Origin: Squalus acanthias
Taxonomy: Eukaryota
Direction: 5' to 3'
DNA length: 64,000 nt
NCBI GenBank assembly: GCA_030390025.1
Contig: CM059425.1
Location: forward strand, 163,186,001-163,250,000
The notes under the pieces: model-generated
What the model saw: only the letters and a program-made list of their open reading frames with translations
Database searches by the model: none
What the model was told of the DNA's origin: nothing
Part shown: in pieces, positions 49,785 through 61,967 of the stretch
Layout: the number at the start of each line of letters is the position of its first letter
Numbering within the stretch: the stretch's first letter is position 1
Position numbers and translations under genes: made by a program

Positions 49785-52700
49785 AACATAGGAACAGGAG
49801 TAGGCCATTCGGCCTCTCGCGCCTGCTCCGCTATTCAATGAGATCATGGCTGATCTGCGACCTAACTCCATATACCCGTCTTTGGCCCATATCCCTTAAG
49901 ACCTCTGGTTAACAGAAAGCTATCAATCTCCGATTTAAAATTAACAGTTGATTTGGCATCAATTGCCATTTGTGGAAGAGCATTCCAAACTTCAACCACC
50001 CTTTGTGTGTAGAAGTCTTTCCTAATTTCACTCCTGAAAGTTCTGGCTCTAATTTTTAGACTATGCCCCCTAGTCCTAGAACCCCCAACCGGTGGAAATA
50101 GTTTCTCTCTATCTACCCTATCTGTTCCCCTTAATATCTTGAAAACTTTGATCAGATCACCCCTTAACCATCTAAATTTTAGGGAATACAACCCTAATTT
50201 GTGTAATCTCTCCTCGTAACTTAATCCTTGAAGTCGGGTATCATTCTCGTAAACCTACGCTGGACTCCCTCCAAGGCCAATATATCCTTCCTAAGGTGTG
50301 GTGCCCAGAACTGCTCGCAGTACTCCAGGTGTGGTCTAACCAGCATTTTGTATAGCTGCAGCAAAACTTCTACCCCCTTGTATTCTAGTCCTCTAGATAT
50401 AAAGGCCAGCATCCCATTAGCCTTTTTGATTATTTTCTGTACCTGTTCATGACATTTTAATGATCTATGTACCTGGACCCCCCAAGTCTCTTTGGACCTC
50501 CACTGTTTTTAGCCTTTCACCATTTAGAAGGTACCCCTGTTCTATCCTTTTTAGGTCCAAAGTGGATGATCTCACATTTGCTTACATTGAAATCCATTTG
50601 CCACAGTTTTGCCCATTCGCTCAATCTGTCGATATCCCTTTGTAATTTTATACTTCCATCTACACTACCTACAATTCCACCTATCTTTGTGTCATCGACA
50701 AATTTGGATACATGACTTTCTATGCCGTCATCTAAGTCGTTAATAAATACTGTGAATAGTTGAGGCCCCAACATAGATCCCTGCGGGACACCACTTGTCA
50801 CCTCCTACCAATTTGAGTACCTACCCATTATCCCGACTGCCTGTCTCCTGCCGCTCAGCCAATTTCCTAACCAGGTCAATAATTTGCCCCCAATTCCGTG
50901 GGCTTCTACCTTAGTTAACAGTCTTTGTGGGACTTTATCAAATGCCTTCTGGAAGTCCATATAAATAACATCCATAGACATTCCTCTGTCGACTACTTTA
51001 GTCACCTCTTCAAAAAATTCAATCAGGTTTGTCAGGCATGACCTACCTTTCACAAATCCATGCTGGCTCTCTGATCAACTGAAAATTTTCGAGGTGTTCA
51101 GTCACCCTATCCTTAATTATAGACTCTAGCAATTTCCCGACAACAGATGTTAGGCTAACTGGTCTATAATTCCCTGGTTTCCCCCTCTCACCATTCTTAA
51201 ATAGCGGAGTGACATGCACAATTTTCCAATCTAAAGGAACGGTTCCTGAATCAAGAGAACTTCGGAAGATTATAGTTAGGGCATCTGCAATGTACACATC
51301 TACTTCCTTTAAAACCCTGGGATGGAAACGATCTGGTCCGAGGGATTTGTCACTCTTTAGTGCCATAATTTTCTTCATTACTGTTATTTTACTTCCATTA
51401 ATTTTATTGAGTCCCTGTCCCTGATTTAGTTTCCATGGGATTTCTGGCATGCTATCCTCTTCCTCTACTGTAAATACTGACACAAAGTAATTATTCAACA
51501 TGTCCGCCATTTCCTTATCATTAATGATAATATCACCGCTTTCAGTTTTTAAGGGGCCAACATTGCTCCTGACTACCCTCTTTTTCCTAATATAATTGTA
51601 AAAAAAATTTGTGTTGATTTTGATATCCTTTGCAAGTTTCCTTTCATACTCCCTTTCTGGAGCTCTTACTATCTGATTTGTGACCCTTTGCTGGTCTTTG
51701 TATCTTTCCCATTTGCCAGGATCTGTGCTATTTTTTGCATTTTTGTATGCTTTTTCTTTTAGTTTTATGCTGACCCTTACCTCTTAGTCGTCCATGGCTG
51801 TTTTTTTTGGCAAGTAGAGCTCTTGTCCCTCTGGTATAAACTGGTTCTGTATCACCTTAAATTCTTTTTTGAACATCTCCCACTGATTTTCTGTCGTTTT
51901 ACCCATTAACAGATTTGCCCAGTTTACTGTGGATCATCTCTCTCCCACCCCTTTGAAGTCGGCCTTACCCAAATCTAGAATCTTAGTACAGGAAACTCTT
52001 GTTTAAACGGCACCTAAATATCCGGAATTCTCTATTAACCGGCAAAATTCATACTCCGAAAACAACACCTCAATAACCGGAGAAATGTTGCCGAGTCCGA
52101 GTCTCCCGCAGTGGCCGAGTTAGTCAGTGGGGGTAGTTCTCCAAACTGCCACTACTCGGCTTCTTGGCGCTGTCGGAAGTCCAAACACCTCTAACAGGAG
52201 TCTGACTCTCCCGCGCTGCCGGTAGTCTCTTCCGATCCGCCATTTTTCTGTGTGTCTCCCGCGCTGCCGGTAGTCTCTTCCGATTTAACACAACATTCTG
52301 TAGGTGAGTACCCAATTACTGTATACTGCACATTTCTTGATTTTTTTATTTTTGTTTGTTAAAAATAGCTTCGGTAGATAACCCTCCGTCATCCGGAATT
52401 TTTAATCAACCGGCGCCATCCCGGTCCCGTCGGTGCCGGATACCAAAGAGTTTCCTGTAGCTGTTTCGCGTTTATCCCTTTCAACTGCTATGTTGAACTC
52501 GATCATGTTATGATTGCTATTGGATAAATGTTCACGTACAGTTAGGCTGTTAACTAAATCTGGCTCATTACTCAGTGCTAAATCTAATATGGCATGCCCC
52601 TTGTTGCCTCTAGGACATATTGTTGTAGAAAAATATTCCGGACACACTCAAGAAATTCATTACCTTTCTGACAGGTGCTAGTCTGCTTATCCCAATCTAT

Positions 52701-52850
52701 ATGAAAGTTAAAATCCCCCATTAAAACCACTCTGCCTTTGCTACATGCTTGTATAAACTCTGCATTTATACAATCTAGCACTTCACTGCTGCTACCAAGG
52801 GGGCCTACACACAACTCCCAGTACAGTCTTAAATCCTTTCCTATTTCTTA
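49785..52850 (-). mobile_element. CR1 LINE ORF2, frameshifted
   Basis: Successive minus-strand ORFs cover the endonuclease (MGDFN) through the reverse transcriptase (GVPQGS, FVDD) to the 3' end. Confidence 0.9.
51989..52457. mobile_element. pogo/Tigger-like MITE inside CR1
   Basis: TA-CAGGAAACTCTT...AAGAGTTTCCTG-TA. Confidence 0.9.
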
Positions 52851-52914
52851 ATTCTACCTATAAAGTCTCCACTGCCTGCTTACCTCTCGTATCATTGAAG
52901 TGATTTCATCCTTA

Positions 52915-53400
52915 AGGGAATTATACAGTGGTGTTCCCCAGGGGGTCGCTATTAGAACCACTGCTCTTTTTGATATATATTCGTGACCTGGACTTGGGTA
53001 TACAGGGCATAATTTCAAAGTTTGCAGCTGACACGAAACTCGGAAATGTAGTAAACAATGAGGATGACAGTAACAGACTTCAGGAGGACATAGACAAACT
53101 GGTGAAATGGGCAGACACATGGCAGATGAAATTTAATACACAGAGAAATGTGAAGTGATACATTTTGGTTGGAAGAATGAGGAGAGGCAATATAAACTAA
53201 ATTATACTATTTTAAGGGGGTGCAGGAACAGAGAGACCCGGGGGTATATGTACACAAATCTTTGAAGGTGGCAGAACAAGTTGAGAAGGCTGTTTCTTTT
53301 TTAAAAAGCATACAGGATACTTGGCTTTATTAATAGAGGCATAGAGTACAAAAGGCAAGGGTTATGCTAAACCTTTATAGAACACTGGTTAGGCCTCAGG
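52915..53400 (+). mobile_element. CR1 reverse transcriptase fragment
   Basis: LFLIYIRDLDLGIQGIISKFAADTKLG...WADTWQMKFN. Confidence 0.85.
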
Positions 53401-54387
53401 TGATCTATCAATAGTCATGCAACCCTTTCATTATTTCATAAACCTCTTATCAGGTCTCCTCTAAGTTGATGCTGCTCTAGAGTAAATAACTACCTATTCA
53501 GCCCTGCATCCTCCCCAGCTCCCTCCCCATCCTTGCTCCTCTCCTCCCTCTACATTTTCACTCCTCCTCTTCCTCCATTCCCCCCATCTCTTTTCTTCCT
53601 CCACCCCACTCCTTATCCCTTCCCACCCCATCCTATCTTGATGTCTTCTGATCTCTCAAAAATCCACGAATTTTCTATTTACTTACTAATTCAAAGATTT
53701 GTTATCATTGAAGATTACATAGATTTATTACATAGAATTTACAGCACAGTCTAATATTTCAGTAATTTATACCTTGTGGTGTTTTAAGTGTGAGTAAATA
53801 TAGTGGAATGGTTAGGTAACTGAAAAGGTGTTTCTCTGTCAATTATGATAGTCTTCTCTGCTACCCTGATAATTATTTGATGTCCTCAGATCTGGGCTGA
53901 CGTAACTTTAAAGGTAACCTTCTGGCTGTTGTGCTTTGAAGTTTGTTGAACAGGCCAGCAACAGGAGCTTTTAAGAAGATTTCAGTACAGACAGAAACTG
54001 TGACAGTGTTAGGTAAACGCCCCACCCCCATCCAAAAAAAATACAGTATTTAGCTTAATTTATTTATTTTCCTTTGCGTATGGATCTTTACATTTTGTTC
54101 ATGAAAATGGTTTTTAAGAGTAGTGGGCTTAATCTTTATAGCTTTGAAGTTTCTTATTGATCTATGTTTGATTTCTCGCTTGGAATAAGTGTTCTAATTC
54201 TAAGCAAATTTGCTCATAAATAACGCAAAAAATCAAATTAAGTGGTTGGGAGAAAAAAAAAAGAATTTTTGTGTGGGTCATACTTTTATTTTAAGTCATT
54301 TTTTTCACCTTCCACAATTGGGTCTTGTTTATCATGTACAGTCAAGAGGGTGAGGGAACAACTTGCTACTCTGAACCTGTCTTTTTT

Positions 54388-55266
54388 ATTTATTCATTCT
54401 CGGGATGTTGGCGTCACTGGCAAGGCCAGCATTCATTGCCCATCCCTAGTTGCCCTTGAGAAGGTGATGGTGAGCCATTACCTTGAACTGCTGCAGTCCG
54501 TGTGGTGAAGGTACTCCCACAGTGCTGTTAGGCAGGGAGTTCCAGGATTTTGACCCAGCGACGATGAAGGAATGGTGATATATTTCCAAGTCAGGATGGT
54601 GTGTGACTTGGAGGGGAACTTGGAAGTGGTGGTGTTCCCATGTGCCTGCTGTCCTTGTCCTTCTAGGTGGTATAGGCCATGGGTTTCGGAGGTGCCGTTA
54701 AAGAAGACTTGGCAAGTTGCTGCAGTGCATCTTATAGATGGTATGCACTGCAGTCACGGTGCGCCAGTGATGCGGGGAGTGAATGTTTAAGGTGGCGGAT
54801 GGGGTGCCGATCAAGCAGACTGCTTTATCTTAGATTGTGTCGAGCTTCTTGATTCTTGTTGGAGCAGCACCCATTCAGGGAAGTGGAGAGTATTCTATCA
54901 CACTCCTGACTTGTGCTTTGTAGGTGGTGGAAAGGCTTTGGGGAGTCAGGAGGTGAGTCACTCGCTGCAGAATACCCAGCCTCTGACCTGCTCTTGTACC
55001 CACAGCATTTATGTGACTGATCCAGTTAATTTTCTGGTCAATGGTGACCCCCCCCCCCCCCCCCGCCCAGGATGTTGATGGTGTGGGATTCGACGATGAT
55101 AATGCCATTGAATGTCAAGGGAAGGTGGTTAGACTCTCTCTTGTTGGAGATGGTCATTGCCTGGCACTTGTGCAGTGCGAATGTTACTTGCCACTTATCA
55201 GCGCAAGCCTGGATGTTGTCCACGCCTTGCTGCATGCGGGCATGGACTGCTTCATTATCTGAGGAG
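54388..55266 (-). mobile_element. CR1/L2-group LINE 3' part, distinct family
   Basis: ADKWQVTFALHKCQAMTISNKR...RAGQRLGILQRVTHLLTPQSLSTTYKAQVRSVIEYSP. Confidence 0.75.
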
Positions 55267-55312
55267 GTGTATGAGAGCAATCTGCATTTGATTTTTCTCT
55301 CCCCATAACTAA

Positions 55313-56330
55313 GGGGGCGAATTTGCCAGCCCTTTGGGGGCGGGACTGCCGGGAAAATGGCAGAATCTGGGGGCGGGTACCCATCCCGCCCCCAACCTGC
55401 CTCCGTGCCATCTTCCCAGGAAGCGGGTACCCGACCCACGCCGGGTCCCGTCTCCTCGAGGCGGGAAGGGGATTAGTGCCAATTAACTGCCTGTTACCAG
55501 GTACAGGAAACTCTTTATTAACCGGGACCGGCGTGGTGCCGGTTAATCAAAAAGTCCGGATAATGGAGAGTTATATCTCCCAACGTACGAGAGCCCCGTA
55601 CACATTGACATGCGCCTGCATTCGGAGCTCCGTCTCCCCGGGAACCGCCAGCTGACCATCTTTCGTGTCCACTGCCTACCCGGGCTGCACATTCCCCTCC
55701 CAATCTACATGCTCCAATACAAGGCAAACGCCTCGGGGTTTTTTTTTAAAGTTAATTTTAAACGAGAGATGAAGGAAAACCCCGGTTACCTACTGAAGAA
55801 TTTTGCCGGTTAAGAGAGATTTCCGGATATTTGGGTGCCGGTTAATAAAGAGTTTCCTGTAGATAACAGGCAGTTTTTTTGAGCCCTGAAGTGTGGGCTT
55901 CACGACGGCTCCGAACCTCGCCAGGGTCGCGAGGTGGGCCGTCTGTCTGCGGGGGTCGGAGGGGCCGAGATGTCCGGTGTTCAGGTGAGTGATGGGTGCA
56001 TGTGTGTGAGGTGTGTGTAAAGTGTTTTAAAAGCTTTACTTACCTTTACTTCTTCCTGCAGGCTTCCTCCCTTCAGGTCTCGGAGTCCCTCAGCTCACCG
56101 GCACAGAAAGCAGAATGGCCGCTGAAATGTCAAAAGCTGTAGCCTTCTGCTTTCTGCTAAGGAGAGCTCTCTAACTCAGCCTGAGTGACAGGACTGAACT
56201 TAGAGGACAGTTTGTCAGTGTTTGACAGCTTCACAGAGCTCTCAAACGCTGACATTTCATCTGTCAAAACCTGTGACTGGCTTTCCCTTAATTGGCCTGC
56301 TAAGCCCGCTGGGACCTGTGACCTGCACGA
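55313..56330. mobile_element. Harbinger-type MITE, same family as 26672-27502, reversed
   Basis: Begins GGGGGCGAATTTGCCAGCCCT; reverse-complement homology to 26800-27502; right end unclear. Confidence 0.7.
55504..55859. mobile_element. pogo/Tigger-like MITE
   Basis: Perfect 22-bp TIR CAGGAAACTCTTTATTAACCGG; TA TSD. Confidence 0.9.
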
Positions 56331-56399
56331 TGTAGCTGTGTACTGCAGACTGGGAGATGTGATCTAAATTTTCTCCTGTTGCTTAAAAGGATCCTGTGG

Positions 56400-56720
56400 T
56401 GTCGATCTAAGCCAACTGTTTCTTGACTGCCTTTGACACAGTCATCCCCTTACTGGAAGTGATTTCTAGGTCTTGCTGCAGAATACTGAAAATTTCTGTC
56501 ACAGCCTCCTTGGGAATCGCAATCTCCGCATGTAGATTTCTTGGATTATGTCCAGGTATGATTGCCTTGGCCTGTGTACGTGGGTGGTGTTGCAAGGTTA
56601 GATCCTGCTAGATGGCTTGAGGTGCAGATACACCCATCTTGCATGCCTCCTCTGATCCTCCTCCTCCAGAACTTGCAAATCGAGAGGGATACCAATAACT
56701 CCTATATCGGCAGCACACAA
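56400..56720 (-). pseudogene. Harbinger transposase N-terminal remnant
   Basis: KEAVTEIFSILQQDL...VSKAVK, similar to VLTEICHLLQPQL...VAVKV in copy 2. Confidence 0.55.
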
Positions 56721-56829
56721 TGACAGTTCTGTGGGGAAACCAGTGCATATATTAGATAGGGTGCAGCCATGAAGAAGCTCCGAGTAAGTTCAGTTTTGAA
56801 AACATAAAAAAAACACAAAGTAAGGAGGG

Positions 56830-58227
56830 AGAAAGAAAACGGAACTATAGACCAGTTAGCTTGACCTCAGTAGTAGGGAAAATGCTAGAATCTATTATTA
56901 GGGACGTGGTAACAGGGCACTTAGAAAATCATAATATGATTGGGCAGAGTCAACACAGATTTATGAAAGGGAAATCATGTTTGACAAATTTGTTTTTGAA
57001 GTTGTAACTAGCAGGGTAGATAAGGAGGAACCAGTGGATGTAGTGTATTTGGATTTTCAAAAAGCTTTCGATAAGGTGCCACACAAGAGGTTATTACACA
57101 ATATTAGGGCTCATGGGATTGGGGGTAATATATTAGCATGGATTGAGGTTTGGTTAACGGACAGAAAACAGAGAGTAGGAATAAACGGGTCATTTTCGGG
57201 TTGACAGGCTGTAACTAGTGGGGTGCCGCAAGGATCAGTGTTGGGGCCTCAGTTATTTACAATCTATATTAATGACCTAGATGAAGGGACCGAGTGTAAT
57301 GTATCCAAGTTTGCTGATGATACAAAACTAGGTGGGACAGTAAGCTGTGAGGAGAACACAGAGTCTGCAAAGGGATATAGATAGACTAAGTGAGTGGGCA
57401 GTAAGGTGGCAGATGGAGTATAATGTAGGGAAATGTGAGGTTATTCACTTTGGTAGGAAAAATAGAAAAACAGAATATTTTTTAAATGGTGAGAAACTTT
57501 CAAATGTTGGTGTTCAGAGAGATTTGGGTGTCCTCGTGCAAGAAACACAGAAAGCTAGCATGCAGGTACAGCAAGCAATAAGGAAGGCAAATAGCATGTT
57601 GGCCTTTATTGCAAGGGGGTTGGAGTATAAGAGTAAGGAAGTCTTGCTACAATTGTACAGGGCCTTGATGAGACCACACCTGGAGTACTGTGCACAGTTT
57701 TGGTCTCCTTATCTAAGGAAGGATATACTTGCCTTGGAGGCGGTGCAACGAAGGTTCACTAGATTGATTCCTGGGATGAGAGGGTTGTCCTATGATGAGA
57801 GATTGTGTAGAATGGGCCTGTACTCTCTGGAGTTTAGAAGAATGAGAGGTCATCTCATTGAAACATACAAGATTCTGAAGGGGATTGACAGGGTAGATGC
57901 TGAGAGGTTGTTTCCCCTGGCTGGAGTGTCTAGAACTAGGGGGCATAGTCTCAGGATAAGGGGAAGGCCATTTAAGACTGATGAGGAATTTCTTCACTCA
58001 GAGGGTTGTGAATCTTTGGAATTCTCTGCCCCAGAGGGCTGTGGATGCTGAGTCTTTGAGTATATTCAAGACTGAGATAGATAGATTTTTGGACTCTAGG
58101 GGAATCAAGGGATATGGGGATCGAGCGAGGAAGTGGAGTTGAGGTCGATGATCAGCCATGATCTTATTGAATGGCGGAGCAGGCTCGAGCGGCCATATGG
58201 CCTCCTCCTGCTCTTATTTCTTATGTA
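56830..58227 (+). mobile_element. CR1 LINE, reverse transcriptase to 3' end
   Basis: ORFs 56977 and 57347 with [12 protein letters not shown] and RPHLEYCAQFWSP. Confidence 0.9.
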
Positions 58228-58232
58228 TTTCT

Positions 58233-58737
58233 TACATAAGGAAGAATATACTTACCTTAAAAGGAGTGCAACGAAGGTTCACTAGACTGATTCCTGGGAT
58301 GGGGGGACTGTCCAATGAGGAGAGATTGAGTAGACTAGGCCTATATTCCCTAGAATTTAGAAGAATGAGAGGTGATCTCATTGAAATGTATCAAATTCTT
58401 AAGCTGCTTGACAGGGTAGATGCTGGGAGGATGTTTCCCCTGGCTGGGTAGTCTAGAACTTGTCTCAGAATAAGGGGTCGGCCATTTAGGACTGAGATGA
58501 GGAGAGATTTCTTCACTCAAAAGGTTGTGAATCTTTAGAATTCTCTACCCCAGAGGGCTGTGGATGCTCAGTCGTTGAGTATATTCAAGACTGAGATCAA
58601 TAGATTTTTGGATAATAAGGGAACCAAGGATATGGGGATGGTGCGGGAAGGTGGAGTTAAGGTAGAAGATCAGCCCTGAATGACGGAGCAGGCTCGAAGG
58701 GCTGAATGGCCTACTCCTGCTCCTATTTCTTATGTTC
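58233..58737 (+). mobile_element. Second CR1 3' end, directly downstream
   Basis: VQRRFTRLIPGM...LEFRRMRGDLIE; tail cctactcctgctcctatttcttatg. Confidence 0.85.
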
Positions 58738-59115
58738 TTCTGTAAGTTGTTGGAAGCAAGCACAGTAGCTACTCGCAACAAGTAACAAAAGGATGAGTCC
58801 GCTTCAAGGATAAAAATGTAACATGCCAATCGTGACACGCATGCAGCACCCATTTAATATGGGTGCTGAGAGCACTGTTCAGACATTTTAACTAGATTGT
58901 GGAGTTATGGCTTCATTTGCATTTTTTGACTGCCTTAATGAGCATTGCACACAACAGGTATGCAGGCTTACACCACCACAGGCACTTCTGGATTGCGTTA
59001 TAAAGTACAATACACAATGGACACTGAGCAGGCCTAGCACCAATAATATGGGTAGCTAATATGCAACAACGCTAGGTGTATTGAGTAACGCATTATCAGT
59101 CCTTCTAGATCATTA

Positions 59116-59358
59116 ATAATAAATAAAAACAAAATGCTGGAAATACTCAGCAGGTCAGGCAGCATCTGTGGAGAGAGAAACAGAGTTAACGTTTCAGGTC
59201 GATGACCCTTTGCCAGAACGTTCTGACGAAGGGTCATCGGCCTGAAACGTTAACTCCGTTTCTCTCTCCACAGATGCTGCCTGACCTGCTGACTATTTCC
59301 AGCATTTTCTATTTTTATTTCAGATTTCCAGCATCCGCAGTATTTTGCTTTTGTCTTA
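59116..59358. mobile_element. PLE family B fold-back element with two divergent hammerheads
   Basis: Palindrome without spacer, axis AAC|GTT at 59219/59220; TSD TAGATCATTA (59106-15, 59359-68). Confidence 0.85.
59220..59254 (+). ncRNA. Minimal type-I hammerhead ribozyme (family B); mirror copy on minus at about 59185-59219 has a mutated core
   Basis: GUU-CUGACGA-A-GGGUC(AUC)GGCCU-GAAA-CGUU-AAC; mirror reads CUGGCAA. Confidence 0.75.
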
Positions 59359-60049
59359 TAGATCATTATCTAGATTATTACTAAAGATTGGAACCAGAAA
59401 TGAAGTAACTGCTTTCTCAGTTGGGTGTTTGACAAACTGAAGCAAAGGAAGATATCCTGAACCATCTCTAGAAACACAGACCTGGAGGTTTTGCAGCTCC
59501 CCTGCCAATGTTATGGCAGACATGCAGAAGAGCCTCTGGAAATTCACTGCCATTGAATGAATTGACTTGTGTTCCAAAAATGGGTTAGCAATCTACATTA
59601 AGCAAATTTGGAATTAAATCTCTTTGGAAGAGGTTGGAATAGAAGTATTTCTGTAGATGCGCAGCCTGGTTTAGGACTGACCCATACAAACCAGGAAGTT
59701 CCCAAATTTGATCCCTAATTGTGATGCATTAGCTTTCAGCCAGAGCTGTGGTGGGGGTATAGTTTCCCTGTGTTAAGGAATGTAAAACTCAACCAGGGTT
59801 CCTAGCTCTGATCATGTTCACAAAACACATACTTGTGAATGCTGAATTGAGTGAGGATGTAGTCAAGCTCAGTTGTGAGGGCCTTCTTCGAACTGTGACA
59901 AGCTGCTTTTAGGAGGACAGGGAGAAAATTAGGAGAAAAAGTAACTGCTTCTCAAAGGGAGTAAACCTTTTTGGCTTCATTCTATCATCCAGTCTTTCTT
60001 GATGTCATGTTAGCCCAACTGTCCAATGTATTTGACAGAAACTGACCAT

Positions 60050-60760
60050 TAAAAGATCTAGAAAATGCAAGGAGGTAATATTGAACTTGTACAATACCTT
60101 AATTAGGGTGCCATTGGAGTAATATGTACAATTTTGAGCATCCATAATAGAAAGAATATAAAACCAATGGGAAAGATAGATGTTACCAGGGTTGAGGAGT
60201 TACAGTTCTGAATATAAACTTCAGATGTTGGTGCTTTTTCACTGGAGCTGAGAAGGTTAAGGGATGGCTTGATGGAGGTCCTCCAAGATATGAAAGGCTA
60301 TACAAGATGCTGTAAATCTGAAATAAAAACAGAAAAAATAGAAATACTCAGCAGGTCGGGCAGCATCTGTGGAGCGAGAAACAGAGTTCATGTTTCAGGT
60401 CGATGACCTTTAATCAGATGAAGGGTTATGATTGATTGTTCATCTCCACTGGTTAGTGAGGCAGAAAAGAGAGGGGACAAATTTAAGATCATCACAAATA
60501 AAATTTAACGGGAAAGTTAGAAAATTATCTTTACACAGAGGAATGTTAAAACATGGAATTCATTGTCACAAGGTTGTTGAAGCAGAGTCCATAAATTATT
60601 TTAAAAGGAAGTTAGATAGTTGATTGAAAAATAATATTAAAGTGTATGGAGATTGAGCAGGAGAGTGGAATTGGAGTTGGTGGCACGTGTGGAGAAAACA
60701 TTAGTGTAGATTTGAGACTCGATGGGCCAAAATACCTGTTCAATTGCTGTAACATTCTGT
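60050..60760 (+). mobile_element. Old CR1 3' region interrupted by a family B pLTR (about 60302-60418, minus)
   Basis: Decayed CR1 motifs; pLTR flanked by ATGAAAGGCTAT / ATGAAGGGTTAT; degenerate hammerhead core CUGAUUA. Confidence 0.65.
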
Positions 60761-61967
60761 GATCTGTATGTTATATGTAATGACTATTTCTTGTTCCCAA
60801 GAATTCAGAAACGTAGATGATGAGCATAAAATACTGAGCACAACAAGGTCCTGAAGCTATAATTGATTGTTCTCAGTGAGACCAGATTACATATAATAAT
60901 AGTTACCCTATTATTAAAAACATTGATTGACAATCTCCCTCCAGCAACATTTAGAATCAAAACCTTTTGAAGAGTTTCTGCTTTGGGCGCAACCGGCTAT
61001 CTGGGCGCAAATTGTGCTAGTTTTCAGAAGTGATTTTATTTTTGTTCAATTTTTCTGCTCAAACTCATTTGCATATCGCCGAACGTAAAATCTGCCATGA
61101 ACCAGCGCAATCGGGAAGCAATTTAAAACATAATTTTGAAAATATTTATTGCATTAAAAAATATTCCTTGATATATTTCCTGGTGCAGTTTTATTAATAC
61201 AGTTGAAAATGGGTTTATCACAAAAATAAGCATTTATAATCAGTGTCCAGTCCACCATCTGTGAGTAACCTGATTTTAAATGACTTTACAAAACCATACA
61301 GAACCATTTACTAGTTTCATTGGTGTACAGTAGTCAGTTTCTTAGTAAATTAATGTTTTTAATATTTAAAAGCTTTTAAAAGGTGCCTATTCATGCCCTT
61401 GCGCCTAAAAAAAAAACACAGCTTAGTTTTAAGAGCCTCCTCGAAGGCCCGCAAACGGGCGCAGTTAGCGGAAACTCGCAATGGTGATTAATTCGATCTG
61501 GGGGCGTAGCCAGTTTTGTGGGCGGGGCCAGCTTCCAGCGCAATGTTTTTTAAATGTTAAAGTATTGATATATTTTTAGTTGACATTAGTAACTTGAAAA
61601 TGCTGAATCTTTTGTCTAAAGTACTTGTAAAAATGTGTTTGCTTTGAAATAAATAATTGAAAGATGAATATCAATATATTATGTAGTACTGTACCAGTAT
61701 CACGGTAATGGACTGAATATGAAACTGATTTGAGATCATGGCATTAAAAAGAATTCTGTTTGAAGTAATTTGCTTTAAAAGTAATGACTTCTGACCACTT
61801 AAAGGACTACTCTAGTTCATACATATTTAACTACATTCAGTCAATGCTGATCATTATATTTAATTACAGGGGCAGTAACGTTGATACCACTTGCAGTGAG
61901 GATGAAAGGATTCAGTTATGTTTTAAATGTCATCCATTTCCATACAGTTGAACCCATTGCAATGAAT

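Noticed and set aside
30427..55861. GTA target preference of the Tigger-like MITEs
   Set aside because: Only four sites, elements are in both orientations, and the right flanks are not symmetric, so chance is likely.
59361..59560. Candidate last ARSK exon after ttatag
   Set aside because: Early stops in all three frames and no DLSxDPDEL-like sequence; the same applies to the cag at about 53889.
60972..61477. MITE bounded by GAGTTTCTGCT / AGCGGAAACTC
   Set aside because: Plausible, but the termini and TSD could not be resolved.
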